Shown piece after piece: positions 26,400-40,385 of a stretch of DNA of 64,000 nucleotides. The DNA lies in NCBI RefSeq assembly GCF_036321535.1, contig NC_087437.1, positions 37,574,001 through 37,638,000 on the forward strand. The letters are read 5' to 3'. Each line of letters begins with the position of its first letter. Position 1 is the stretch's first letter. The notes beneath the pieces are model-generated. The model did not search any database and was not told the origin of the DNA. It saw only the letters and a program-made list of their open reading frames with translations. The stretch is from Camelus dromedarius (taxonomy: Eukaryota). The position numbers were made by a program, and so were the translations under genes.

Positions 26400-27480
26400 A
26401 AACATGGTCACGTTTTTAATAATTAATGGAAAAAATTCTTCTCTTTATTCTGGTCCCACTTAAACTTCCATACCACCAAATTTCTTGGACATATACACTG
26501 TCATTCAGTGCTTCATATCTTATACATTATCACTATGTTTTTGCATTAGATATCTGCTCACAACCCTTCCTGGATCTCAAAGGTCAGACACTCAGTGCCT
26601 CATAAATGCCAAATCAAATGACACTTTCTCTGTCCTCACTATACCTTTCATTATCAGAGGCCTTTTCATTGTCAACCACCAAGTGCTTTTCAGTTTCAGG
26701 ATTTTCATTTTCTACCCAACCAATACATTTTCATCCCCAGGGTTCTTTCTTTTTTTCTTATTTTCTTCTTCTTCTTATTATTTCTGGGGAATGTTATTAA
26801 CCAAGAGACTTGAATAACTGTTTCTCTGCTGATCAATGGCAGATTCTTACCTACAACCAGATTTCTCTGAACAATATATTTCAACTGCTTACTTGATCTT
26901 CCCATCTGAATGTCCCATAAGCTCTCAAACACAGTGCACTTAAACTGAACTTCCTTTCCCAATTTAGCTATTCTGCTGTAATTCCTTTTTCTGTAATCTC
27001 CATCCACATGTTATTACTTTGCTTTTCCCATTCCTCATTGTAAAATACTTCTATAAAACCTTTCAATATACCATCTTAATATTTCAAATCATACTCTATG
27101 TTTATTGCCATTCCAAAAAAGCAAAACAAGTAAATGAGAGAAAATGAGCAAGCAACAAAACACTAACCAAAAGTGTCCTTGGAGATCTAAAGACAGTCAT
27201 AACTGATTGGTGTTAGAGAAACCAGGCAAGAAAAATGGGATTCAAGGAGATACTGTTAAATAGTATAGTGCTGCAGAGAAGAAAAATAAGTTAAATACAA
27301 TATATTTAGCGCTGATGTTGAGGACTTTAGGCTAATATCACATTTAGAAATGAATGGCAGATTAAGAGGTAAAGGCAGTGAGTGTTGACTATTCTATTTA
27401 AGTTATGTGGCTAATGGTCACAGAGTTGAGGAAGTAGAAGGACATGGAAGTAGGAGCACCTACACATGAAGCATCAGCAG
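26400..27480. mobile_element. L2 fragments
   Basis: L2-type motifs (ttcaactgcttacttgatcttcccatctgaatgtcccataagctctcaaac, aatgccaaatcaaatgacactt). Confidence 0.6.
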
Positions 27481-27990
27481 CAAACAGTAGGAGAAACCAT
27501 CTACTAAGATAGGCAAAAAGAAGGCAGACAGATATATCAACAATAATTAATAAGTAATAATAAGTAATAGCTTTTATTTTTAGTGCTTGCTTTGTGTCAA
27601 GCCCTGTGCCAGGTGCTTTATGTATACAACCACTTAATAATTTTTTACAAAGAAATCCTCTGTGGTAGGTTTTATTATCTACTAGATCAAAAGTTTCCTA
27701 AGTTTCCTAACTGGTGAAATGGAAAATAACACAAAGTTGCTTTTAGCTTCTATTATAAACTTCTTCACATTAGAGGTAACAGTTTATCCGTAATAACATC
27801 ACATAAAGATTTACAGATCCTGACTTAAAATAATGATACACACAAATGAACTTCAAATGGAAAATGATTTACAAAGAATGCTTTCTAAAATAGGAGGTTA
27901 GATTTTAGGAACAGAATATTCTAAATGTGATAATATTCTTATATGATATATTTTTAGGATTTTTAAAAAAATTAAGATTAACATTTAAAT

Positions 27991-28155
27991 CAGGGACAGG
28001 ACTAGGGTGAGGCAGATAAAGGAACTAGTGCAAAATTTAAGGAAGCACTCTTAGGTTCATATAAGTGCATGGTCCGCATTTGGACTGGAAAGTGAATGCT
28101 TCCTTAAACTTTTTGCCTTGGGCACTTTGCTTGCCTCCCCCTAGTCCTAGCCCTA
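27991..28155. mobile_element. Palindromic hAT-type MITE (MER96-like)
   Basis: Long imperfect inverted repeat: agggacaggactagggtgaggca...tgcctccccctagtcctagccct, with internal tttaaggaagca/tgcttccttaaa. Confidence 0.7.
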
Positions 28156-28783
28156 CCATTTGTCAAATTTAATAATATGGTCTAAAAATCTTACAAAAAG
28201 TAATGCAGCATAGAAATTAGAAACTCTTGCTAAGGCCTAATAATGTTATGTGTTTATAGACTCTAAGACCATATTGCTTCATCTTCAAATTGTATACAGT
28301 ATAAATTTAATTTAAAAATATTAATTAGCCAAGATGAGAATTGTTAAATAAATCAGTATATATTGTATACTCATTAAAGATATATTTAAGTGATTTTAAT
28401 GATATTGTAAAATTAGCATGTATAATATTAAGCAAAATAGGCTGGCTCTAAACAGAAGTTTTATTATCTGATCCAAATTATATAATATACCTACATTTAG
28501 ATATATAGGTTTATGTGCATTTTTAAAAAGCCTGAAGAAAATATATCAAAATATAAATATTTAATTTTTGTTTATAATCTTAATGGTTACTTAAACATTG
28601 TGTTCTGTATTTTTCGAAATTTCCAACTTTTTTTTAATAATCTTGGGTTAAGAAGGAGAAAATAATTTTAAAAACATGTGTTTAGTGAACACCTACTATG
28701 TTCCAAATGTGAAGTATTTGAGAATTAAATACAACATAGTCCCTGTCTTCTTCAAATCCCACTTACTAGCAGAAGAGACAGAT

Positions 28784-28786
<3 letters not shown>

Positions 28787-28830
<44 letters not shown>
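28787..28830. repeat. (AC)n microsatellite
   Basis: About 22 perfect AC units. Confidence 0.95.
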
Positions 28831-28835
<5 letters not shown>

Positions 28836-29701
28836 GTTAGTTGTTGTGGTATAATATAGCAGATTCTATACCATAGTGCCAAAAAACTCTATGTGATAGC
28901 AAAATATTATGTTCACTCATTAACATAATAATAAATTGCATGTGAAAACCAGTAGAGCTGGGTAGGATTGCTAAACCCAAAACATAGTTCATTCTATTTT
29001 CTTCTAAGTCAGTTTTCCCTAAAAGCAACAAGAGGCAGTGTTCACCTCTAGAAAGTGATCAGTTGATGCCTATACTTTGACGTGTGCTTCTCCATGCAGC
29101 AATGAATGGCACATGAAAAAGAGGGAGTAAAGGGTTGAACATATAGTTCATAATTGTTGTAAAGTTATCTTTGTCCATTGAAAAGATGTAATTTTTATTC
29201 TCTTTCATTTCTATTCATATTTTGAGAAGTTATTGATAAATTTTGACACCTTTTGCTGAACACAAGTTCATATCTATATGTGAATATTATATATTTTAGG
29301 CTTCGCACATTACATATTTTGTTAATAAACTTAAATCTAAGTATATGCCCCCTGCTGATGCAGCAAAAGGCAATAACAGATATTTTAAGTTACTGTGGAT
29401 TCCATTAATTTATCATTAGTTTGAAGTGATGATTATTCTGCTTTATTTGACTTCAGTAGTTACTGTTTTATAACTGACATAATATTTTGTACTTAAGTTT
29501 TTACTATTTGCTAGCAGCTCCTGTTATTTTACCTCATTCCATATGTAGCCTTAAAAAAAAAATTGAAGGAGTCTGCTCTGACAGTTCTTTTTATACAATT
29601 TAGTCCCCATGTTTAATTATTCCTAAAATTTTCAACAAATACCTGGATGTGATAGTTGAAAGCCAAGTGCTTTTCTTCTCTCTTTCTCTGTGCTTTTGTA
29701 G

Positions 29702-29743
29702 GTGTCCACGAATATCCAGAGAGCTCCTTAAAAATTACGTTTC
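29702..29743 (+). pseudogene. ZFYVE26-like exon, 5' half (continues at 31543-31581 after an L1 insertion)
   Basis: Very strong acceptor ttttcttctctctttctctgtgcttttgtag; CPRISRELLKNY versus ZFYVE26 TPRLSSEAVSVL. Confidence 0.7.
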
Positions 29744-31526
29744 ACAGGCAAAACAATAGAGAGATTAAAAAATACCAGTGAATACCTAGGACTCAGGGTG
29801 AGAGAGTGAGGAATGAGTAGGTGAAGCACAAGGCATTTTTAGGCAGGAAACTATTCTATATACAACTGTAATGCTGGATGTATTAGTTTCCTAGGCCTGC
29901 CTAAAAAATTACCCAAAATTGGGCGGTTTAGGACAACGGAAATTTATTGTCTCACAGTTCTGGGGGCTAGAACTCCAAGATCAAGGTATTAGCAGCATTA
30001 GTTCTCTTTAAATGCTGTGAGGGAGAATCTGTTCCATGCCTCTCTCCTAGCTTCAGGTGGTTTTCTAGAAAACTGCATTCTTTGGCTTATAGATGCATGA
30101 TCATGAGCTCTGCCTCATGTTGACATGGTATCTCCCTGTGTGTATCTCTATAGCCACATTTACTCTTTTTATAACGATACTGGTTCTATTGGATTATGGC
30201 TCACCTCAGTGATCTTATTTTACATGTTATCTTTTTAAAGACTCTATCTCAAATAAGGTCACATTTTGAGGTACAAAGATGTTAGAACTCAAACATATAC
30301 TTTAAAGGTGGAACAGAATTGAACCCATAACAGTGGATATATTATGCATTTTTTAAAATTCATAGAACTTTCCATCACAGGGTGAAACATAAGTATGCAA
30401 ATTTTAAATAATACTTTAGGAAGTCGGAAGATCCTAAGAACGAATGAACACTGTGACAGGGGAATCTAATTGCATTACAGATGTATGAAACAACCTTACT
30501 GGAGTGGGTGAGGCAAAAGGTACTGACCTAAATAGATTTGGAAATGAATGGAGTGTGTACGATTAAAAGGTAAAAGGACCTGTACATAAGCACTGTACTC
30601 TAGTTAGTAAGTTTTTTTTCCCCCTCAGAGGTACATATTAGCAGTCTGATGCTGCTGTACATGATACTAGAATTCAATAAGTAGGTGGTGGATGATGGGA
30701 GCCAGAGTTATCACTGTTGGAATGGGAATTGACAAATTAGCAAGGAGAAAAACACTAGGATTATTCCTGGGATAATGGATTAGAGTTAGAGTTATCAGTT
30801 AGAACTCATGTTTAACTGAGATAACTGATGATTAGATAAAGAAATATTCATAGATATATGTTTATATAAGGATTATTATACAAAGAAAGGTTTATTTTCA
30901 TTATCTGTTGAAAGGACCTTAAAAAAAAGACATCCCAGTAGTAACAAGCACATCTAGAACCGGGGTCTTGGCTCCTATTACCATTTACCACTAAAAGGAA
31001 CCAGAGTTTCTTATAGAAGTGATTATGGCAGGAAATACACAAGATGAGCATCTTATAGTGCTAGAAAGTAGAGGAAGTGCTAAAAAAAAAATCGCATTAA
31101 TGGAGCATTTCAAAGGTGCACAGGAGCTAAGTGAAAGATTTGAAAAACAAAAAATAAAGATAGTACTGGATTATAACCAAACAGATAAAATAAATATCCA
31201 TGATTCCATATTGATATAAATAAATGATTGACTAAATTAATAAATGGGAGGGAAAGATAAATCCTCCCTGCAAAAGAATTTCAGACAAATTATATAGAAA
31301 TTTTACTCAAAGGAGTGAGCACATCACTCCCCACTTAAGTGTGGGCTGTGCAAAGCATACAGTATAGAAAGGGGAAAATAAAGAGTAACTTTATGGTGGA
31401 GAAACCTGACGGTGCTTCAGCCTCGATGTGTTCATGATCAACATCAAGTTTTAACTCACATTGATTATATAAGCCCTTGATATGATGAGATGAATGTGGC
31501 ACTTTTGTGTTCTTCCCAAAAACCCA
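29744..31526 (+). mobile_element. L1MC-type 3' fragment with 16-bp TSD, inserted into a pseudo-exon
   Basis: TSD ttaaaaattacgtttc (29728-29743) and ttaaaaattacatttc (31527-31542); L1MC 3' UTR motifs. Confidence 0.8.
29879..30332 (-). mobile_element. MLT1 (MaLR) solo LTR nested in the L1MC fragment
   Basis: tgtattagtttcctagg...aaatttattgtctcacagttctgggggctagaactccaagatcaagg...cccataaca. Confidence 0.85.
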
Positions 31527-31623
31527 TTAAAAATTACATTTCTCTTTGAAATTTCAAATTCTATTTCTCTAATTAATGAAAGTACTGATAACAATAGTTG
31601 AAGTGCATATACAAATTAGAATG

Positions 31624-31969
31624 TGTTATTGACTGTGCCTCCTTTCCAAATTCGTATTTTGAAGCCCTAAACTCTAATGTGGTATTTGGATGTAACGGCT
31701 TTGGGAGGTAATTAGGTTTAGATGAGGTCATGATGGGACTCTCATGACAGGATTACTGTTCTTATAAGTAGAGGAAGAGAGATCAGGGCTCTCTCTCTCC
31801 GCCACGTGAGGACACAGTGAGAAGCAGGCCATCTGCAAGCCAGGGAGTTCTCACTGGGACATGAATCTTCCAGCACCTTGATCTTGGACTTCCCAGCCTT
31901 CAGAACTGTGAGAAATAAATATAATTCAGTCATGGTATTTTGTTAGAGCAGCCTGAGCTGACTAAGACA
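31624..31969 (+). mobile_element. MLT1A-like solo LTR
   Basis: TG...CA termini, 5-bp TSD gaatg, motif ttggacttcccagccttcagaactgtgagaaataaat. Confidence 0.85.
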
Positions 31970-32249
31970 GAATGGTTACAGTACTCAGGAAGTTTTGTAA
32001 GCGTTTTATATATATTTTGTACTGTAAAAAATTGATTCATTAAATATTCCAGAATTCCTGTGAGGTAGACTTTACTATAATCCTATTAAGATTCCTTGCC
32101 CAGTGTCTCATAGAAGTTGCAGAACTGGCTTTTGAACCCAGGCAATCTGATTTCAGAGTCAGTATATGCAGTGCTGTTTGTCAGACTGCTTGACGTTTAC
32201 AATACATCAGAAAAAATAATGATAATTACACATTTGTGTGTGTATATAG

Positions 32250-34557
32250 AATTATTGGCTACTTATCAGCAGGAACAAGTGTTCCACTCGTCTTCCAAAT
32301 TCTACAGTTTCTTCACTCTAAACCCAAATATGGTGGTCAAAGTGTTGTTTTAGTGAATTTCTGCTGCCTCCATAGCAGGGAAAAACTAACTACATTATAC
32401 TTCTTTTGGAAATTTAAACATATCCTTGTTATTCATGGATTTTGTATTTGTGAATTCACCTCCTCACTGAAATTTATTTGTAACCCTGAAGTTAATACTT
32501 GAGGCACTTTTTGGGATAATTGCTAGACATGTTTAGAGCAGCTGAAAATGTACATATTCCCAGTTATGTCAAACGTGGTAGAACACTGCCTCTGTTCAGT
32601 TCTCATTTAGAGATGAGCAGAAGATGGAGACTGTAAGGAGCAGTGCAGTGTATTGCAAGATGCTCCATCTCTGACGCTGGTTGGATGGGATTTGTATCCC
32701 AACTCCAGCACCTATTAATGAGTCAGTGTCAGGAAAGTCACTTAACAATTTCTGAACCTCATTTTCTTTTATGTAAAATAAAGAAAATAGAATCTATCAG
32801 GATGAGTTGTTTTTAGGATTTAATATAATCTAGATGTGACAACTGTGTGCATAGTGTGCATACATGTATATACACACACATATGTAAGTATTTTCCCTAG
32901 GAGCAGCAGTTCTCCTGACCTTTGTATATAAAATAACTACCCAGAATAGTGAGAACAAACTGTTTTTGAGTGTCTTATATGCCAGAAATTCTGCTAGATA
33001 CTAAGATATGCACAACCTCTGACCACAAAGAAGTTACAATTAAATGGGAAATCTATTATTTAGTAGAAGAAATTTTTAATTTATTTTTTAGCTCAAGTCA
33101 AAAGAGGTAGAATCTCAGCCCTATCTAGAATTTTTGAACCATAAGGACTATTTTTCTTGATTCTTCCTGATGATTCCCAACTATGCAGTAAGATCTGTGA
33201 GTAGAGCAAACGTATCAATAATTCCAACTTAATGCTCAGCCTTTTAAAATAATTCTCAATCCAGTTCCCAAAGAAAACCTTTAGAATGTGCCCCTCCTCT
33301 CTGTTTTATGGCTTCCAGAATTACCCACAGCACATAGTGAAGGTGTGCCTTATACTTTGACTGACTTCAGGCACTAATTATAAGAACTTATTTCTTTGTG
33401 GCTGGGTGCCTGTGGTTTTTGAATTAACCATACCCCCTCCTTACCTAGTACACTGGCACTTCTGTTTTTAGGTACTGAATAACGCAAACATCTATTATGC
33501 CATCAAAGTTAATTTTCCTATTATTTTTACTCTTAATAGATGACACTGATAAGTCAAAGAGCCACTACACTCCTATTAGTGAGTTTAAATGGTTTTTAGT
33601 TTTTGTGCTAAAATTTCTTTAATGAATTAACACTTCACTCGACACTTAAAAATATATCAATCTCTACTCCCTGAAACTGAAACAAGTTAATTAAATTTAA
33701 ATAACGTATTTTCAAGTAACGTATTTATCCTGTTGAATTCCAACACAGATTTATGGTATGACACACATTTATAGACTATTAGTCTACCATGAATACGGAT
33801 TAAGAGTGTATAAGTTGAACTGATAGAAAGTATGAAATAGATCAGCTCTACTCTTTCTCTTATTCCCCCAATCACTGACATTTAAGCATCAATTTTTGGA
33901 AATAATTTACTAAAAAAAAGATAGCTACCCAGTTCTAAAGTCCTGTCTCATCTCAGTATGTCTCCTTTGAGACTATGAATTGTATCATTCCCATTCAGGC
34001 CAAATTTTAAACACTTTCCTAATTCCAATTTTCACTTTAGTCTAATCCTACTAGTATAAACTCTATTATATGGTCTGAGGAAAACTCTTCCTGTCCCTGT
34101 TCTAACAAAGCTTATTGTCCTATCCCACTACCTTCTAAACCTTGGTCTAGTCTATACAAATCCGTGGAATCTTACTCAGCTGAGACAAACCATGTTAGTT
34201 AGCATCCTCACCTAATTTCGGAAAATTGCTACTGTCTATCTTTTGTTTTTGCCCTCCCTCTTTACCTAGCAGAGTTATTCAGAGTCTTCCCAGAAGTACT
34301 TACTCGGCAGGTGGATGGCTCCTACAATTGAGAGACAGGCAGCTGTTGGAACAAGGGTAACTTGTTCCAGTATCACTATCAGCAGAAACAGTAGGTAAAG
34401 GTCTTCTACGTAGAACTCCTGTTTTTCCATCAGAGGCCAGGAATGACCTGAGTAAACTGATAAAATTTATTAGAGACATTAAACTATTCCTTTGAGCATT
34501 AACTTCTCACAGTTATTGCTAGATACCTGTCATACTCATGAAAGCCTCTAGCACCAG
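32250..34557 (+). pseudogene. ZFYVE26-like cluster of six phase-compatible exons
   Basis: Splices without a frameshift to IIGYLSAGTSVPLVFQILQFLHSKPKYGGQSVVL|NYPQHIVKVCLIL*LTS|VHWHFCF*VLNNANIYYAIK|TISLP*IRIKSV*VELIE|TELFRVFPEVL...WNK|EARNDLSKLIKFIRDI. NIYYAIKTISLP...TELFRVFPEVL resembles AIYGALRTLRCP...VELHLLCEELL. One donor (33371) reads GC. Confidence 0.75.
32418..32962. mobile_element. Tigger-family (TcMar) non-autonomous element containing MIR-like sequence
   Basis: Start atccttgttattcatggattttgtatttgtgaattcacc and complementary end gaatagtgagaacaaactg. Confidence 0.55.
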
Positions 34558-34961
34558 GTATTTATATTTGATCACAGGATTGGTCCTGTGTATCCTTTTA
34601 TGGTACTTTTAGTGCCACACTATAATTTCTTCAAAACTTCATTATACCTCTTAATTCTACACCCTCAACATACACTTCTAAGGAAACAGAATTAATGACA
34701 AAGTTCACATGTGTCCCATGCTTCATGTGACCCTGAAAAAAAAACATTTTATTATACACTCCCATATTCTTTGTGGTGGTAAAACTAACATACATTTTAC
34801 AGGCAAGGGAGATAAATTATCCCACCCAAATGTAAGTTTTCCAAGATTACTATTCAACTCTGTAACCTTTTGCATTATCCTTATGTATGTAAGTTAGAAG
34901 CATACATCGACAAAAAAGCAAGAAAGAAACAGAGACAGACAGACAGACTTTTTTCTTTTAG

Positions 34962-36492
34962 GAAACTTTTGGTCTGTTAAGACCAGTATATAAAATCCTG
35001 TATAGCCTAATAATCTATTTTATTTCCTTTTCTGGACTTTCTTCTCATTCCTGAAACCTGACTCAAACAGAAATTATTAAGTCATTATTTAATGGAAAGA
35101 TACAAATTTTATATTAATCCTAACCATTCTACTTTAGTCCATTTGGGTTGCCATAACAAAATATTATGGACTTGGTGGCCTATAAATAACAACAGAAATT
35201 TTTTTCTCACAGTTCTGAAGGCTGGGAAGTCCAAGATCAGGGCACTGGCAGATTTCTGTCTGGTGAGATTCCATTTTCTGGTTTATAGACCACAGTTTTC
35301 TCACTGTGTCTACACATGGTAGAAGGGGCAAGTGAGCTCTCTGGGGTCTCTTTCTGAAGGTGTAAATCCCATTCATGAGGTTTCTACCCTCATGACCTAA
35401 TCACTTCCCAAAGGCACCACCTCCTAATACCATCACACTGGACACCAAAATTTAATATGTGAGTTTAGGAGGGACACTAACATTCAGTCTATATGTATAT
35501 AGCACATTCATAAAAACAACACCAGCCCACCTAGTTGGAATGTATTCTTAGGTTTAACATAGCAGCCCCACCAATATTAACTCTCAAAATCCAGCTTTCC
35601 ACAGGTGTACTACCCTCTTTTTGTGTACAACTCCAGAGTGGATCAATTTTATAAATTTTTACTCTCTTTAGTTTTTCTACATAGCAGTACTTCATATATT
35701 TTTAAATTTAGTTTAGAAATAAAAAATGTGCTGATTTAAAATTTCCTTTTTATACCCAGACAGTGCATTGTTAACAAATTTCCTGAATAAATATTAGGCT
35801 TTGTGTAAAAATAGAAATTTCCCCTTTAAATGCATGAATAACATACTAACATGTTTAGTGACAAAGTATTAAAGAAAAGTACAGTTGAAAATACTTTCCC
35901 AATAGCATTTATACCCTTTGAAGAACTCAATTATATAATAGTTGAGAGGAGAATGATATTCATTACCTTATACCTTAAAATTATATCTAAAATGTTTCTT
36001 TATACAATTGATTTGTGATGATCTCATGTGTATTTCAGTCTTAAAACAAATGAAACACATGTTTAAAAAGAATTCATGATTTCATCCCACCCTTTTTAAC
36101 TCATAACATAATATTTCATAAATGGCTAGGGTGCTTTAAGAAACCATAGTGTTCAAACTCTGTTTTACTAAGGCTGAATAATTAATGTGAGTTCCTTAAA
36201 AACCTTGATTTTGGAAAAATTCTATTTGAAAATTTGGGACATTTCATATCATGTAAAGATTAATTGTGTAGATAGATTTTGTCAGAACTACATTCTGTGA
36301 TTTTTCTTTCCTACAATGGGACATTGATGAGCATACATCTTAAGGGGAAGATTTTATTCTCCCATGAACTTCTGAAGTCCCATTTTAGCTTCACTCAGTG
36401 AAGCTAAATACCGAATAAGACCTTCTGAACATGGTATTAATTTTTTTTTAGGAAGGCAAGACCATTACTTGTTGCTGTCTTACTGAAATGGG
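34962..36492 (+). pseudogene. ZFYVE26-like exons (34962-35080, 35760-35804, 36286-36492)
   Basis: TEIIKQCIVNKFPE*ILGF versus EERLLSCLLHKASRGLLSL; LNTE*DLLNM versus LDPERAMLAL; ends at a GTAAG donor. Confidence 0.7.
35130..35500 (-). mobile_element. MLT1A-like solo LTR
   Basis: ttagtccatttgggttgccataacaaa...tctcacagttctgaaggctgggaagtccaagatc...ggacactaacattcagtct. Confidence 0.85.
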
Positions 36493-38293
36493 GTAAGGAC
36501 CTCAGTGTGTTTTGTTCTTTACTTTTGTAAATATACACAGTATCTGTCTCTTCTCTAGTACCTAATTTTGCCATAGATTTTTCTATGAAGAGATAATTTA
36601 TTTCTACTTAGTTTTTGTTTGGGGTAAGTGGAATTGCCTTCCATTATTCATTTGAAATACATGTTTGAAGACAAGCTACATTAAAAAGTAAAACTTTGTA
36701 GAGGTTTCAATGCAATCTGCAATATCATACTAATGAATTGAAATTAAAAATGCAATGATTCAGTATTGAAAAGAACACAAATGTCTACATCAAGTTTGGA
36801 AGATATAACCTCAGTTGATAAAATGTAGCATAATGATCCACAAATATTAAATTATTAAGCAAAATAAATGCTTTGACAAAAAGACAAATATATTAATGCA
36901 ATTACCCTTAGAAAAACTTAGAGCAGAATATGTATGTGAAATTCAAATTTTATAGTTTTAATTTGGTACCTGTATCCTCTTACACACATGAACACCCACT
37001 ATTTAAACAGAATTCTTTGTTATCATTAACTACTATTCAGAATTTAGAGAGGTCCTTGGGGTTTTAGTGAAGCAGGAACCAGCACCAGCTTCAACTCAGG
37101 TGAGGATAGTTTGTTCCCAAGAATTTCCTGTCTCAAGGCCTCTACATATAGTTTCAGGGATTATGCTTTGACCTCATCACATCTTGATCAAAACACCTTG
37201 ACTGGCAACCCTTACACATGATTTGGCATTTCTTTAATCAGTAAATTTGCCTCTAGGTCTATTTAGTTTTGCTGAATTGAAACTCATCTTATCTTCTGAG
37301 TCTTAGATCTTGATAGGGATCCTTTGGTAAATGAGGTGAATGGTCTGTTATTTGTAACAGTTTCAGTATGTTTTGGGAAATTTTTATCACTCTTGCAATG
37401 TCACTTTATGTGGTCAACTGATATTCCTTACATAGTGTTTTGTTTTTGCTATCACTGGTTTATTCTTATTAGTCAGTTGAATTTTTAGCCTTTTGTTTTC
37501 TATCAAATATACTTATTTTACACACACACATACATACACATACACATTCCAAATCTCCAGGCACACTCTTTTATAGCTTACTCATTCCTTCTGTTCAGTC
37601 CCACTCTAATTGAGTCATCAGTAGATGATTTCAACAAAAAACTCAAAACCAATGCTTGGCATTGGTAAGTACCGTGCTGACTGTAACACTTACTATTCCA
37701 GTATACTCTAAACTGCTCAACATGGCTTCTTGTTACCAAGTTATTATTTTGTGCTTTATCAGTAAAATATTGACTTGATAACCTTCCTCTTATAATTTAC
37801 TGTTTCAATACCTACTGGTATAATTTGTTGCAAATGGTCATCCACCTGCTTAGAATTTAGGTGTAAGAACTGAACCCCATCCTCTTAGTTCCGTTACAAC
37901 ATTCCTTCTCTTTTCTATGATACAGTTTCTGTTTTTGAAATGTTCAACTTCTCCATTACATAAACATTCCATAAATAGTTTTCAGAATTTTTCAAAGGAA
38001 GCAAGCATCCTTTAGTTGTTATTGACAGTTACATACATTAGTAAGTCCAAAAACACAAATCACTTTTATTTGATGTGAGCTATTGCATTCAGACATCATT
38101 TTAGTATGAAATCATATTTCTGTTTAAACAGGAATTTTACTTTTCATGTATCTAAATTACTTTGCCTATTGTCTTCTAGTAAGTTTTATTATTCAGTTTT
38201 GCCAAAATAAATTTTTAAAAGGTTAAATAAATTATCCACATCCTAACAAGTTAATATCTGTACTTCATCTTTCTTCCTTCTTGTATAACTAAG

Positions 38294-39215
38294 CCCATCT
38301 GCCAAAAGAATTTGTCCTGTGCAAACAGTGGCAGGACAGGCTCTTGACTTTTTAAATCAGAAAATCTCCTTTATTGAATCATAAACACCTAGATGATAAG
38401 AATTACGTCTCATTTAGCTCCAGATTTCTCTCCCTTCACCCTGCCTTACCTCCTCTTATCAATGGTTATTACAGTGCTTTGAACATAGTAGGTTATTTTA
38501 TTTAGGGCATCATTATTACGGTTACAAAGCATTATTTTGTCCCATGAACTGGGATAAACAGCAGTACATGTACAAATTCACATCTAATTTTCACAGATTG
38601 GTACTATTCTTATTATTTGCATTTTATAGAAAGGGAGACTAATGCTTAACAATATAAAGTTACTTGGCCTAGGTTACATAGCTATTAGGTGGAGTGCTGG
38701 GACTCAGTATCAGCCATTCTAATTGTAGAGCCCACCTCTTAATCAGCACACTGTTTAACTCTGTATTCTTCTCCCTTTCTAGAGATGCTGACCAGTTTTT
38801 AACTGGCATACTTTTAGACTTGCTATGATGCACTTACATCCAGTCCTTACTATGTCTGATGCATGCTGTTCTTTAAATGCAGCTGACCAAGCAGCCACAA
38901 TGTACTACTTTGGACACTCCATACTATGAGGAAGAAGGCTTGTGGCATACAATTTCCCCAGACCTCTCTTTAGTTCTACTCAACCTCCTCTCATTTTCAT
39001 TACTTTATCTACTGAATTTCTAGCTCTATATCCTGTGTTTCTATATACTTGAAGTCCTTTCTAGACATTATTTTTTTTGAATTTTACTTGAACAGATTAT
39101 GCTTATGCCTTTGATTTGAGGTCCACTGCTGCCTTGAGCGAGTTGCATTCTTCAGAATCCTGTCTTTTCAGCTCTTCTGCCTTCTGTCCACCAACGGAGG
39201 ACAGAAGGCAGACTT
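38294..39215 (+). pseudogene. ZFYVE26-like exons (38294-38395, 38783-39215)
   Basis: VAGQALDFLNQKISFIE versus LLRDACDGLWAHLEVLE; LLDLL*CTYIQSLLCLMH versus LLYHLHGGDSHSVLYTLH; LNF*LYILC versus MKYAIYALC; CILQNPVFSALL versus ELLENIFSLLL. Strong acceptor ttcttctccctttctag at 38782. Confidence 0.75.
38560..38760 (-). mobile_element. MIR SINE
   Basis: Core motif cattttatagaaagggagactaatgcttaac...aagttacttggcctaggttacatagct. Confidence 0.65.
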
Positions 39216-39609
39216 GTAAGGCTGACTCATATTAAGTAAAATAATAAGAGATTGATGCATAAAGTAGAATATCAGTATCTTTATTTATAGTGAGAACTGT
39301 CACAGAGATCAGGATTGTTGCATCTGTTTCACAGTGGCTTTTCTTTCTGAAAAAATAACAAGGAAACAAAAAATTGAAAAAAGAGTATTGTTTGGTGGGC
39401 ATAGAATCAAAGCAGGGGTAGTAGCTGGATAATCTTAATGGATATTCATTCTGATTCACAGCAGCACACTTATCCTTGGTGTTTCTTCATGAGGCACCTA
39501 CATTCCTGACACAGTGTTGGTGAAGTAATGACCAGTTCTTGCTCACTGACTTCCTTTAGTCAGTCCTTGGCTTTCATAGTTCTTCCTTTAACTTGATTAA
39601 GTTTCAGTT

Positions 39610-40385
39610 TTCATTTATTCCTTGAATAATTTATTTAAAATATTTATTGAACCCAGACCACGTGCTAAATACTGAGTAAATCGGTGAAGATACCACATTA
39701 ACAAGGCAGACAGGGTCTGTCCTCATTGAACTTACAGTTCAGTGATGGAGTCAGTTATTAAAGAGGTAATCACACAAAAACTAATTACAACTGCCTTCAT
39801 TACTCTGAAGAAAAACTAAGTGGTATTGTGAGACTGCAAAACAGAGGACCCAGTTTTCTGTGGGAAATCAGGGAAGGCTTTCCTGTGGAAGTGATTTTTA
39901 AGATAGGACTTAAAGGATTTATGGCAATGACACGACAGACAAGTAGTGGAAGAGACTTTTAGGCAGTGGTGACACGGAACAAGGTCCTCAGGTGGGAAAT
40001 AACCAGAGGATTTTAAGTAATTAGTAGAGAGTGGCTGTAGCTGGAAGTCAGTGAGTGAGGGGAAGAGGAATTAATGATGAGTGGGTAGAGGTGTGGATTT
40101 GGGAGGGGGAGACCCTGCAGGGCATTCCTGAATATGTTATAGATTTTGGACTTTATAAGAAGTTGAACGGCTTTTATGCAAGGAACAAATTGATTAGAGT
40201 TACATTTTAAAATTATCAATTTATTTGCTGTTGATAAGGTATCTGTAGAGGGTAGAGTCAAAAGTGATAATAGAATAATTAGCTATTTCTATAGTTCAGG
40301 AATAAATTATGATGGTTTAAAGAATGGTTTCTTAGAGATGGGGAGAAGTAATTCCAGAAACATTTGGATGTAAAATCAGTAGGCT
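39610..40385 (-). mobile_element. L2 3' fragment
   Basis: aaatatttattgaacccagaccacgtgctaaatactg...cagggaaggctttcctgtggaagtgatttt. Confidence 0.7.

Noticed and set aside
34270..34480. ELFRVFPEVL...VDG as a MULE/ZSWIM transposase-like motif
   Set aside because: The intervening catalytic segment is missing, and the surrounding exons fit a colinear ZFYVE26-like alignment better.
36286..39215. Using 'stops revert to CAA/CAG/CGA' as evidence of former coding
   Set aside because: Every stop codon is one C-to-T change from Gln or Arg, so this carries no information.
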